Shown here: in pieces, positions 49,974-62,328 of the stretch
Layout: each line of letters begins with the position of its first letter
Numbering within the stretch: the first letter of the stretch is position 1
Assembly: GCA_000004695.1 (NCBI GenBank)
Contig: CM000151.3
Coordinates: 4,800,001-4,864,000 of the forward strand
Length of the DNA: 64,000 bases
Reading direction: 5' to 3'
Origin: Dictyostelium discoideum
Taxonomy: Eukaryota
Program-made: the position numbers and the translations under genes
Notes under the pieces: model-generated
The model's database searches: none
Seen by the model: the letters and a program-made list of their open reading frames with translations, nothing else
What the model was told of the DNA's origin: nothing

Positions 49974-51359
49974 TTGATTATTATTATTATTATGATTATT
50001 ATTTTGATTATTATTTTGATTATTATTAAGAATAGATTCCCAAGGATTACCAGTTAATAAAAGTTTATAATAGGATTTTGGAGTGTCAGATGATTTATTT
50101 TCAGAGAAAATTTTTTGATTCGATAAAACTCTCTCTAATTTTGGTTTAAAAATATCTAATGAAAGATCTTGATTGATTAAACCAAGTAAATGTTTATGAA
50201 GATTAATGTAACCAATTAAATATTCTTTTTTAATGTATCCTCTTTCTTCATGAAAATTTCTTGAATTTAATTGCTGATGTAAAGCAAATGCAGAAATTGA
50301 TACAACCTTTTCAAATAAATAACTTGTTGGTGATAGTAAACCTTGTACCAATATTGGTGGTTTACCATATAAACATAAATAACATCTACAAACTAATATT
50401 ACATTTGGTAATGTTATATAAAATGAATTTTGGTTTGCTTTGATTTTACACTGATTGCAATGACATATTGGTTCATATGTTGGTAAATGAAAATTTTCTA
50501 ATCTTATCTCACTACTATTGCTCTTGCCACCACTAACACTTCCACTGCTGACATTACCACTCCTACTTCTACTCCTACTTATAATTCCACTACCAGCAAT
50601 ATTATTATTATTATTACTATTATTATTATTATCTTCACTATTATCTGATAATAACTGATTTAATTTACTTAATGTGTTAGGAATTCTAGATTCTAAAAAG
50701 TATTGGTATATAAGTTTTAATCTATTTAAATCAAAAGTATTTTTTAAATGTTGAGTTTCGGCATCAAATTTTTTAAATAGTTTTATTCTTGTCTTTATTT
50801 CATTGTCAGGAAAGGTGTCAACTATTTTACCTTTCCACATGTATGTATGATGATAGTCTCCATTATGACCACAAATAACCATTTGTATTTTACTTGATAT
50901 TAATTTTTTATCTGTTTCATTATTTTCAATATCTGTTACATCATTTTCAATATTAATTTCATGTTCATCATAATCATTATTATCATCATCTTCTTCTTTT
51001 TCTTCTTTTTCTTCTTTTTCTTCTTTTTCTTTTTCTTCTTTTTCTTCTTCTTCTACTACTACTAATTCTTCTTGTTCTTCTTTGATATGATTGTCTCTAT
51101 TATTAGCGGTGGTATTAATTTTATTTAAATTTTTAATTTTAGTTTCAGTTTGGTGTAAATTATTATCATCATCAATATCTTGAGTTTCATTGGAATTGCT
51201 TGCATGGTTTAAACTACTAAGTTTTCTTCTTATCCTTTTTAAAATTGAATTTCTCATACCACTATTATCTAAACCTAATTGTTTAGCTGCTTCTCTTATA
51301 TTTAGGTATGAGAGTTTTTCAATCTCTATATAATCTAAATGGAAAACATTTTTAGACAT
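48528..51359 (-). CDS. SAP-domain protein with a C-terminal ubiquitin-like (SUMO/Rad60-SLD-type) domain, 943 aa
   Basis: N-terminal SAP motif LSYLNIREAAKQLGLDNSGMRNSILKRIRRKL. An acidic EEKE repeat and poly-N follow. The C-terminal beta-grasp-like segment is FIHIKCHINHLNEELVFKISNKALLCKLMCQIYQKLGITTEYVLKFQYNGLELPPHLTPNDFNISNNDVIVVI. Single ORF. Confidence 0.75.
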
Positions 51360-51489
51360 TGAATAGATACATGTAATCGGATGCTATTGTTTATTGTTTA
51401 TTGTTGTCAGAAGTATCAATTAAACTGAAAAAAAAATAAAAAAAATTGAAAAAAAAAAAAAACTAAATGATAAATAAATAAAAAAAAAA

Positions 51490-51552
<63 letters not shown>

Positions 51553-52121
51553 CAGAAAACAAAAAATTTCAATTAATTTTTGAAATATTATTATTATTAT
51601 TATAAATCCTATTCACTATTTAAATCATTCCACAAAGTAACAATTTCTATTTTTTTGTTATTTGAATAAATTTATTTATTTTTAATAATTTAGATATATG
51701 ATCAAAAAATCACTTTGAAAATTGTGGACAATAATAAAAAAAAAAAAAAATAATTTATTGTTTATTTTTATCTTTGTAAATATTTTCTAAAAATACCAAA
51801 AATAAAATAAAATAAAACTTTTTTTTTTTTTTTTTTTTTTTCTTTTTTAATTTTTTTGTTATTGGTTTAAAATTATTTATTTATTTAATATTTTCGATAT
51901 ATATATTGATCTAATATTAACTTTGAAAATTGTGAATAAAAAAAAATAAAAATAAAAAAAAAATAAAAATAAAAAAAAATAAAAATAAATATTAAAGTGT
52001 GGGGTAGAAGATTTTGAAATTTTATATAGTTGTAAATTATTATTTATATACATTTTTTTTTTTTATTTATTTTTTTATTTTTTTTGTTTTATATTTTTTT
52101 TATTGGTTGCATAATTTAATT

Positions 52122-52526
52122 TTAAGGACATTCAGGGCAACATGAAGTTGATTTCTTAATTGGAGCACCATTTGGGCATTGAATTGGTGGACATTCATAT
52201 ATTGAACAATCATTTACACAAGTTGAACAACAACCTAATTCAGTCATAATAGAGAAAGTACCATTTTCACATTTTTCATCTGTACATTCAACTAAATCAC
52301 AATTTATTTTACAAACTGGACAACACATATCAGAATTAATTGGCATTGCTCTCCATCTATATTGAACTTCATTTTCTTTACATTTTAATTTTTGACAAGA
52401 TACACCAGAACAATCAAATTTTTTTGAAGGTTGACTATTAACAAAAAATGATGAACATTGGAAATAATTATTTGTGGTTAATAATAAAATTATTAATAAA
52501 GAAAAAATTTTACAATTTAATTTCAT
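52122..52526 (-). CDS. Secreted Cys-rich protein of the 'CCPxC' repeat family (134 aa)
   Basis: Signal peptide MKLNCKIFSLLIILLLTTNNYFQ. About 24 Cys with repeated …CCPVC…, …CCSTC… and …CCPECP motifs (VWC-like ends). Paralogous to the repeat protein at 53650..55199. Confidence 0.65.
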   Translation of the reverse strand: MKLNCKIFSLLIILLLTTNNYFQCSSFFVNSQPSKKFDCSGVSCQKLKCKENEVQYRWRAMPINSDMCCPVCKINCDLVECTDEKCENGTFSIMTELGCCSTCVNDCSIYECPPIQCPNGAPIKKSTSCCPECP

Positions 52527-53053
52527 TTTTAAAAATTATTGGTATTGTGTTGTTGTTGTATTATTTAAAAAATACTAAATTTGTTTTTTTAAATATTTTT
52601 TTTTACTAAAAAAATTAGAATTGAAATATATAAAATGAAAAAAAAAATTTATTTAAATATTTATTTATTTGTATAAAAAAGTTTTTTTTTTTTTTTTTTT
52701 TATTTTTAAAAAAAAAAAAAAAAGATTTTAAAATAAAAAATATTATTCCGATATGATGTTTTGTAATTTGATTTTATACAAAATTAAATTTATATAGTCA
52801 TTACAAACGTTCAATAAAAAAATAAAATTAAAAATAAAAAAAAATTAAAAAATAAATAAAAAAATAAATAATAGATTATCAAAAACAAAATTATTTATGT
52901 CGAATTTTAAACACCACAATTATGGTGGTACATCATTTTTGGTAAAAAAAAATTATCACAAAGTAAAAATAAATTATTGGTGGTAATAAGTTAAAAATTG
53001 ACTTCCTTTTTATTATTATTTTTATTTTTATTTTTTTTTTTTTAAACCATTTT

Positions 53054-53084
<31 letters not shown>

Positions 53085-53649
53085 TTAAAAAAAAAAGAAT
53101 TTATATGTATCAAGTATAAATTTTAATCATTAATCGGGGGTCCAAAAATAAATTTAATTTTAAATTTTTTTTTTTTATATATCGTTTTAATCAGAATTAG
53201 ATCTTTTTTTATTTTTTTTTTTTGAATATATTTATATAAATTACTAATTTTATAATATATAGGAAAAAATGGTTGTTTCCTTTTTTGATTATTTTTTTTC
53301 TTTTTAAATGATACATCTAACAATTCAAAGTTTTTTCAATTAAATTACAAATATTTTAATCATTATCTACATTTTTAAAATTTTTTTTTTTTTTTTTTCC
53401 TAAACATTTCAAAAAAAAAAAAAAATAAAATAAAATAAAATTAAAATGATATATAAATTAAATTAAATAAAATAATAAAAATGCCCTTATTTAGTTTGAA
53501 AGTTTATTTTTATCTTTTTTTTTTATCTTTTTTATTTTTTTTATTTTCTGATTAAAATAATTATTTTATTTAATTTTTTTTTTTTTTTAATTTAATTACT
53601 AATATATATTTATATATTTAAAAAAAAAAGAAAAGATTAAGTATATTTT

Positions 53650-54790
53650 TTAAGCCATTTCAACTGGTATAGAGTCACATGTTGGGCAACATTGACCTGG
53701 TAATTTTGTACCAACACATTCTGGGCACATAATTCCAGTACAATCTGGGTTTGGTCTACAAATTGGACAACATCTCTCTGGTGGAGTGTAAAGTGACTCG
53801 TTGGCATTACATTTTGGAACAGGACATTGAACAGCTGCACAATTTACTGGTGGACATTTGTAGCAACACTCATTTGGATTCTTTGTTGGTTTTGCACCAT
53901 CTTCACAAACTGGCATGGCACATTTTACAGTGGTACAATCTGGTCCAACTGGAATTGTATCACAAGTTGGACAACATTGACCTGGTTCAATGTGACCTAC
54001 ACATGCTGGACATATGGCGTCGGTGCAATTTGGATTTGGTCTACAAATTGGACAACATTTTCCTGGTGGTGTGTAAAGATGTTCATTTTCATTACACAAT
54101 GGTCTCATACATCTAACGGTACTGCAATCAACTGCTGGACATTTGTAGCAACATTCATTTGGGTTTTTGATTGGTTTGGAACCATCTTCACATACTGGCA
54201 TGGCACATTTTACAAGGGTGCAGTCTTGTTTACATCTATCACAACATTCACCTTCTGGTTTATAAGGTACCCATCCAATCATACAATCTACTATTGGACA
54301 TAAAGTATTTGTGCAATCTAATGTTGGGTTTGGTCTACAAATTGGACAACATCTCTCTGGTGGAGTGTAAAGTGACTCGTTGGCATTACATTTTGGAACA
54401 AGACATTGAACAGCTGCACAATTTACTGGTGGACATTTGTAGCAACACTCATTTGGGTTCTTTGTTGGGGTTGCACCATCTTCACATACTGGCATTGCAC
54501 ATTTTACAGTGGTACAATCTTGTTTACATTTTGTGCAACATTCACCCTCTGGTTTATAAGGGACCCATCCAATCATACAATCAACAATTGGACAAAGTAC
54601 TAATGCACAAGGATTAACTGGTTTCTTTACACATGTTGGACAACATTCACCAACTGGTACTTGTGAAATATATCCTGGTGCACATTTTGGAATTCCACAT
54701 TGAATTGCACTGCATTCTCTTTGACAAATTTGACAACATTGACTAAAAAAAAAAATAATATTATTAATAATTTTATTTTATTTTATTTTA

Positions 54791-54822
<32 letters not shown>

Positions 54823-55199
54823 TAAATTAATTATATATACCCTTCTGGTTTTTTCAAATAGTAACCCTTTTTACATTTTGGAGTATAACAATCTACCAAA
54901 CTACAATCTAACATACAACTTTCACAACATTCACTAAATATTAAATAAATAAAAAATTAAATAATTAAAAAAGTTAATTTTTTTTTTTTTATTTTTTTTT
55001 TAATCTGATTTTGTAAAATAGTAATTTACCCTTTCTTTTTATATGGTACTTGACCTTCGGTACAATTTGCAGCCATACAACGTACTAATCTACAATCAAT
55101 TCTACTTTCTTGACCTTCGGTTTCATTTTCATCACCAAAAACGAATAGTGAACAAAAAACCAATACTAAAAATAAAGAAAAAATTAATTTTAATTTCAT
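53650..55199 (-). CDS. Secreted Cys-rich repeat protein (about 450 aa). Exons 55030..55199, 54841..54933 and 53650..54742.
   Basis: Exon 1 has the signal peptide MKLKLIFSLFLVLVFCSLFVFG and ends at GTAAAT in phase 2. Exon 2 (ECCESCMLDCSLVDCYTPKCKKGYYLKKPE) runs from TATTTAG to GTATAT. Exon 3 holds a roughly 55-aa unit repeated 3 or more times: CAMPVCEDGATPTKNPNECCYKCPPVNCAAVQC.VPKCNANESLYTPPERCCPICRPNP. ORFs on the opposite strand are artifacts of the repeat. Confidence 0.65.
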
Positions 55200-56308
55200 T
55201 TTATAACAATATTTTAAATTTATTGAAATTTGTAAATAATAATAATAAAATGATGAATAGGGAAAAGAAAAAAAAAAAAAAAAAAAAAAAATAAAATTTA
55301 AAAAAAGACAAGTTTTTTATATTAAAATTTTAAAATTAAAATTAATGGAATAAAATAATTAAATTTAAAAAAAAAAAAAATTATTATTTATAATCTTTTG
55401 ATAAATTTGGAAATCATTTAGAAATTTAATAAAAATTTTTATAATTCCTTTGCAAAGATAATAAATTTTTATTTTTTTTTTTGTTTTTTTTTTTTTTTTT
55501 GTTATAATATTTGCAGTAAATTTAAATTAGTGGGGTTCTTACGATCACACGTTCAAAGAAAAAGTTAAAAAAATGAATTTATTGTGTTTTTTTTTATTAT
55601 CGTTAATAGACAAGATAAAAGGGTTTTTTTTTTTATTTTTATTATTTTTTTTAAATTATTTTTTTATTTTTTTATTTTTTTTTTTTTTCTTTTACTATTT
55701 CAAATAAAAATAGATTTTTAAAAATAATTTTAATTGGTCAAATCGATTTTTATGTATTATCTAAAAAAAAAAAAAAACAAAAACAAAAATTTTGATTGGA
55801 GGTTAATTAATTACATATACAAATAATATATTTAAAAGAAAAAAAAAATGAATAATTATACTTATAACCCTTTATAAGGTTATATTGAACTTGATTGGTG
55901 GCGTCATTTAAAATCAAATTTAGAAATAATAATGAATACTAACATACCTACATATTTATTTATATTGCAGACTATTAAAGTTAAAATTGTATAAAATCGT
56001 TAATTAAACAAAAATCTATTATAAATAAAAAATCAATAAAAAAAAAATAAAAAAAATTAAAAATAAAATAAATTATTATTTTAACAAAATAATAAAAAAA
56101 AAAACAAATGATTTTTTAAATTTATATCTATTTTTTTTTCTCCAATTATTATTTTTATTATTTTTTTTTTATTATTTTTTTTTTTTCAAGATAACTTGCA
56201 AACCTTTGAAAAAAAAAAATAAATAAAAAAATTAAATAAATCTATTTCAAATAAAATTGTTTGGTTATTTTTTTTTTTTTAAATTTTTTTTAATTTTTAA
56301 TTTTTTTA

Positions 56309-57823
56309 TTATTTAACTCTTTTAAAATAAACCTTATATTCAACAAATACTTGACTTGATTCATAAACAATATATTCACGAAGTTGTAAAGCAGCTTTTG
56401 GACCATAATTTGGTTTTGATTCACCAATGACACTATTGTAAATATTGATATTATTTGGTTTCTTTGGTTCAGTTCTACGACCATTCCAAAATTGACCAGG
56501 ACCATTACCACGGAAAACATTTTCAACCAAGCAATCACCCATAACCACACGACAAACCAATAAACAAACTTCATCACTTGGTTTACATTTACAAGAGGTA
56601 GCTTGGAAACCACTACAAGTACAAGCACCTCCATGACAATATTGATTTGATTTTGATGAATTCTCTGCAAAGTAAAGCCCAGCACCAAACATACCATCCA
56701 AAGAGCAAAATCTTGGATCGAAACCAAACTTTGCAATACCAGCAACTGATGAAACGTTTAAACCATGGAATAAGAATAATTCATTGGCTTTCTTATCCAA
56801 TTCCGGACTACCAGGAATATTGGTGATAACACTATGAATTGGTGGACATGACCCATTGTTATCATCGAGAATCTTTTGTTTTCTTGCATGATAACTAACC
56901 CATAACATTGGATTTTGCACTCTAACAACACGGGTAACCTTTAAATCATTGAAAACAATTGGTGATAATGTACCCATACCTTTATGATTACTTGAAATGG
57001 TTTGACTAAATAATTTACTCATCCATTGGAACTCATTCTCATGTGGTTTCACATCAACCTCTTTATAATTCATTGAGTCTACATCTGTCCATGTATTTGG
57101 GCATTTTATAATACTTGAAATTGAAATTGTACTCATTGTTGATGTTAATGTTGGTTTTTGAGTTGTTGATATTGTTGCACCATTACTTGCTATCATTTGA
57201 CCTTTACTACTTGATCTTGTTACTGGTGCAGTTGATGTGGTGGTAGTAGTTGTGGGTGTTGCAGTAGTAGTAGTGGCATGAGAAGCGGCCATAGCATTCG
57301 CAGCAGTTGCAGCATTCGAAATCTGTTGTGATTTTGTTAATTTTTTCGCTGGTCTAACTTTTAATGGATCTTCTCTCTTTAAATTTCTTCTCTTGGATTC
57401 ATCATCATACCTTCTTTGTAACATATTTTGGAAATCAACAAAACGTTCTTTATCAACCTTTAATTTCTTTTTACCAATTGAAAATGCTTTCTCTAATTTC
57501 TTACGCATATTCATATCGTCATACTCTACCCAAACATCTTGATGACCACCACCTTTGCTTGGTCCACCACCTGAATCACCTGCCCAAAACCATCTTGCTA
57601 TATAATCTTCATCATCTTCATCATCATCACTATCATCACTAACATCACTATCACTACTATCACTACTACTATCACTATTCTCACTATCTGTATCACTATC
57701 ATCACTACTTATTATTTTTCTTCTTCTTTTTGATGTTGCATTTGTAGTTGGTGGTGGTAATGTTGATCCTGGTATACTTTTTTTTTTTTATTTATATAAG
57801 TATGTAATTATTATTATTATTAC

Positions 57824-57893
<70 letters not shown>

Positions 57894-58281
57894 TTTATTT
57901 TCATTTTTATACATACATTTCTTGTCTTTCAACAGTTCTCATTTTATTTAAATCATCATATCTTGTTTGAACCATTTTTTTAAAATCTATATATCTTTCT
58001 TTATCAAGTTTGAATCTTAAATATTTTAAAACTTTTGGTTTCAAAAGATGCATTTGATATTGAGATTCGATCTCTGAATTTAATTTACTATCATATTCTA
58101 CTAAAATATCTTGGGAAGCTCCAACTCCCGAATCACCTGCCCAACACCATTGAATCTTTTTTTGTGCAACAACAGCTGTTGCTGCAACTGGTATATTTAT
58201 AGTGGTTGGTATTGCTGTTGTTGCTGATGATGACTGTGTAACTGCATTTGATGCTGTCACTGGTTTCTTTTTTGGTGGCAT
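56309..58281 (-). CDS. WWE-WWE-PARP protein: two tandem WWE domains plus an ADP-ribosyltransferase (PARP) catalytic domain. Exons 57917..58281 and 56309..57776; intron 57777..57916.
   Basis: WWE1 is IQWCWAGDSGVGASQDILVEYD…YIDFKKMVQTRYDDLNKMRTVERQ. WWE2 is ARWFWAGDSGGGPSKGGGHQDVWVEYDD…FVDFQNMLQRRYDDESKRRNLKR. PARP H-Y-E signature: LFHG…, GLYFAENSSKSNQY, REYIVYE. Exon 1 ends at a GTATGT donor in phase 2. The acceptor AAAAAAG|TATACC restores the frame. The intron contains an (ATT)n run. The ORF upstream of 57514 is continuous, confirming the join. Confidence 0.8.
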
Positions 58282-58318
58282 TTAATTTTAATTTTTAATT
58301 TTTAATTTTTAATTTTTA

Positions 58319-58354
<36 letters not shown>

Positions 58355-58451
58355 CCAATTCAACAAAAATTATTATTATTATTATTATATATTTCTATTG
58401 TTTTCTATAAACTAAATAAAAAAAATATTAAAAAAAAATAATTTTAAAAAA

Positions 58452-58482
<31 letters not shown>

Positions 58483-58909
58483 GCGCAAAATTCAAAGAAA
58501 TATCCATTTTCAAATTAAAAAAATTAAAAAAATCTAATTCATTTTTTAATTAAAACAAATAATTATTATTGTTTTAATTTATAAATAGAATTTTTTTGTT
58601 GATTAAATATTTTGGAAAATAAACAACTTTATATTTTTTTTTTTTTTTTTTCAACGATTAATTTAGAAAAAAAAAAAATCGTTATTAAAATTCAAAACAC
58701 AAAATGAATGGTTATCATTTTTGATATTTTTTATTTTTTAATAAAAAATTTTATTTTTACAATTATATTTTTTTGTAATTGTTTTTTTATTTTTAAGAAT
58801 ACTTAAAGAAAAAATAGATTTAAAAAAAAATAAAAAAAAAAAAAAAACAAAATTGATTTGATTGAATTATCTTTTTTTTTTTTAACGTCAAATTTGGATC
58901 TATAAATAT

Positions 58910-58942
<33 letters not shown>

Positions 58943-59813
58943 CAAGATTAATTTAGTTTGATTTAAAAAAAATAATAAAAAAAAAAAATAAAAAAATAAA
59001 AAAATAAAAAAATAAAAATAAACCAATTTAATAAAATCAAATAAATTATTTTTGTATTTTTTTGTATATAAAAAGATATTTCCTTCAAGATATTATTTAA
59101 AATGGTTTCAGAATTTAAAATGAATGGTGAATAATAAAATTTTAAAAATAACACTTTGATTTTAAAAAATTAAATAGAAAAAAAAAAAAAAAAAAAAAAA
59201 ACAGATATCATTTGAGTTTTCTATATACTAGATAAATATAAAAAATAAATAAATCATTGGTAAAAAAAAACAATAATAATAATAATAATAGCATACTAAA
59301 TAACTTAAAGTCTCTTGAATCTATTAATAAACTGTTATATTTTGTGCATATTATTATATTTTTGAAAATATAAAAAAACATAAATTGGTGGAGGTGTGTG
59401 GGTGGTGTGTGGGTGGTGGTGGTGGTTGTAAATTTTTTTGAAGGAATATATTCCTAATAAATTTTGTTTTTTTTTATTTTATAAAAAATAGAAAATACCA
59501 AATTCTCTGTATATACAAAAAAAATTTGGCATTTTTTTTTTTTTTTTTTTTAACCACTAATCTGTAAAAAAAATTATGTTCATTTATCACGCAATATGTT
59601 TTTTTTATTTATTTTTTAATGAAAAAAAAAAAATAAATACAAAAATAAATTTATTTTTTTAAATATTTACTTCATTATGTTATTTAAATAAATAGTGATT
59701 CTCATAAAAATGAGTTTAATAAAAAATAAAAATTGTTTTATACCAAAAAAAATATTTTCAGGTTTGTTTTTTTCTTTTTTTTATTAAAAATGATTAATAA
59801 TTATAATTAATAA

Positions 59814-59847
<34 letters not shown>

Positions 59848-59889
59848 ACAATAGAAAAAGATGATTTTATATTTATACCATGTGATGGA

Positions 59890-61380
59890 GTGATTCAAGA
59901 AAAATTTGAAAAAATTGCTTTATCTTTTGAAAGTCCGAAATTAAATGAAATTAATTTTCATAAAAAGGTTAAAATTATCTATTTTTTAGATGATTATCAA
60001 CATGAAATAAAAAAAGAAATGTTACCAAGTTCAATTATTAGTATTATTTTTTATAATATTAAAAATATTTTATCAAGTGATAGTATACCAGATACTGTTA
60101 AATTTTTGGGTTTTAATGGATACAAACACCAAATTACCAATGAAATTGTTAAAGGTTCAGTTACATCATTGGGGGTAGGTGGTGACATGGGGTATCCATT
60201 GGATAAACATTTATTAAATGGTTCCTCAATCAAAACATTATGTTTTGATGGTAATTATTCACATCAAATTACAAATGATAGTATTATCGATCATTTAGAT
60301 TATTTATGTTTAATGAAAACCAAGTTTCCATTAAATGAAAAATCTTTAAAAAATCCATTAAATATTTATCCACCAACCATTCCAAAAAATATTTCTTTCT
60401 ATGAAACATATAAATTCCCAATACCTGGTACAATATTCCCAAAAATTGAATCCACCATAATTACATTTAATATTAATATAACTGATATTCGTCAACCAAT
60501 AACAAGTAAACTTTTCCAAGATTTACCAATTAACTATAATGTTTATATTGGATGGGGTTATAGACACAAATTAGATGAATGTACCATTGATAGTAAAATA
60601 AGATTTTTGGGTATTGGCGATGTTGTTCATCCAGTACCAGAAACATTCCTTGGTATAAGGGTTAAGTTTTATAGTGGCTATTCTCACCAAATTAAACCTT
60701 TCCCTAATAATGCATCATTGCGTGAATTAGCTTTGGGTAATGTTAAATATCCAATAACCAAAGATACAATACCATCACCATGGGGTGTTGGTGAATTATC
60801 AATTGATAAAGGCTATGATTTTAAACTTACACCAGACCTATTTGAAAATGTAAGAGCTTTAAAACTTATTGATATTAAATCAACTGTTTTTACCAAACAT
60901 TCATTACCAAAATCAAATTGTGTCCTTGCTAAAGTTTCATTAATATCTTTACAAATCCCATTTGATTTAAGCTTTTTCCCAACTGATATCATTAATACAA
61001 TGTTAATTCATAATGTTTCTCAAGTGATTGGCACTAATCAATTACCAAAATCATTAACATCTTTATCACTAATTAAAGTAAAATTGGATCCAAAATTAAC
61101 TATCCCAAAATCAGTATCACATTTAAAAATTGAAGAAATTGATAGACCACTTACAAAGGAATCAATCCCAAACAATTTAGAAGTTTTTGAACTTCTTAAT
61201 TATAAATTCCCAATATCAAAGGAATTATTCCCAGATACCGTTCATTACATTGTAATTGGTGAAACAATTAATCCATTCACAATCGAAATGATTCCCACAA
61301 GTTTAAAACATTTAGTTAGTGCACATGATTATAAATTTTTACCATTTGATAAACCATTACTAAAGTATTATTATCAATAG
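59890..61380 (+). CDS. FNIP-repeat protein (Dictyostelium-type FNIP repeats), about 496 aa; the true start is uncertain.
   Basis: Repeated roughly 22-aa units of the form lP.s…L.fg..FN..I, for example LPSSIISIIFYNIKNIL…IPDTVKFLGFNGYKHQITNEIVKGSVTSLGVGGDMGYPLDKHLLNGSSIKTLCFDGNYSHQI. The ORF-track start is a GTG. The first in-frame ATG lies about 43 codons in, so the initiation site or a 5' exon is unresolved. Confidence 0.75.
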   Translation: MIQEKFEKIALSFESPKLNEINFHKKVKIIYFLDDYQHEIKKEMLPSSIISIIFYNIKNILSSDSIPDTVKFLGFNGYKHQITNEIVKGSVTSLGVGGDMGYPLDKHLLNGSSIKTLCFDGNYSHQITNDSIIDHLDYLCLMKTKFPLNEKSLKNPLNIYPPTIPKNISFYETYKFPIPGTIFPKIESTIITFNINITDIRQPITSKLFQDLPINYNVYIGWGYRHKLDECTIDSKIRFLGIGDVVHPVPETFLGIRVKFYSGYSHQIKPFPNNASLRELALGNVKYPITKDTIPSPWGVGELSIDKGYDFKLTPDLFENVRALKLIDIKSTVFTKHSLPKSNCVLAKVSLISLQIPFDLSFFPTDIINTMLIHNVSQVIGTNQLPKSLTSLSLIKVKLDPKLTIPKSVSHLKIEEIDRPLTKESIPNNLEVFELLNYKFPISKELFPDTVHYIVIGETINPFTIEMIPTSLKHLVSAHDYKFLPFDKPLLKYYYQ

Positions 61381-61439
61381 TTTTTTATATATTAATTTCA
61401 AGACCAATTTTTTAATTTTAAATCTAAATTTTTTAATCC

Positions 61440-62040
61440 ATTTAAATAAATTTAATATAATTTTTGTGTATTTTGGAGGCAAGTTATCTCCAATTGTTTG
61501 TTTTATTGTGTTTATGGACCATGTTAATTCTTAGGCAGACCAATTCTCGGACTAAGGGGTTCAGATGTAGCTTTAGTGCGACTTGTTAACCACAACGATG
61601 AGCTCCCATTAATATACTAAATAATTCTAGATAATCCTTAATAATGAATAAAAAAAACTTGGTTATCTTTTCCAAAATTTAAAGTATTCTAGCCCGGGCC
61701 AAAGATCCATTCTTAAAGACATTGGCGTATCTCAACTCCCCTTCAAAGATCAACATGAGGGAACCAGCTGAACACATCTTCTTCAAATGCTAATCCCACC
61801 TTAATAACCCAACTCTTTATAAACTAAATATAACAAAAAGTAGGACAAAAACTCACCTGGAATACCAAAATCTTAAGCCACCTGGACATATCAATAACAT
61901 CCAACACACTGTATTTTTTCTCCATCCTATTTGAAAACTTATGGAGAAAAAGAACACCAACAAAGAATCGTCCTAATCCATAAAAACAAATAATCAATTA
62001 ACCAAAAAAGTCCATTTTTTATTTTTTTTTTGAAACTAGC
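61440..62040. other. GC-richer (about 40% GC), homopolymer-poor non-coding island; candidate ncRNA or mobile-element remnant
   Basis: No ORF longer than about 35 codons on either strand. It contains CCCGGGCC, GGACTAAGGGGTTCAGATG and ACTCACCTGG, which are atypical for dictyostelid intergenic DNA. Confidence 0.3.
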
Positions 62041-62263
62041 CAGGGATTAATGAGTATTTTACAATAAAAAATGAATCGATGTAATATAAACAGTGAGAAA
62101 TTTAATAAGGTATGCATTTGAGGAATGAAGAAATTTTTCGTTTCCACTACTTCCCCTAAAAATATGTCACTGTGTATGTTACTATTGATGATAGTAAAAA
62201 AAATGATATTATTAGTATCAATTATTTTATTTTTAATTTTTATTTATTTATTTATTTATTCAT

Positions 62264-62299
<36 letters not shown>

Positions 62300-62328
62300 A
62301 ATTATACAAAATTTTAATTTAAAAAATT

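Noticed and set aside
53751-54617. Long + strand ORFs (121-158 aa) opposite the Cys-rich repeat gene
   Set aside because: They have no start or signal-peptide logic and mirror the internal repeat. The minus strand has the signal peptide, the splice sites and the Cys periodicity.
57907-58281. ORF 57907..58281 treated as a separate small WWE-only gene
   Set aside because: The GTATGT donor and an in-phase AG 140 nt downstream join it to the open upstream extension of the PARP ORF, so a single gene is more parsimonious.
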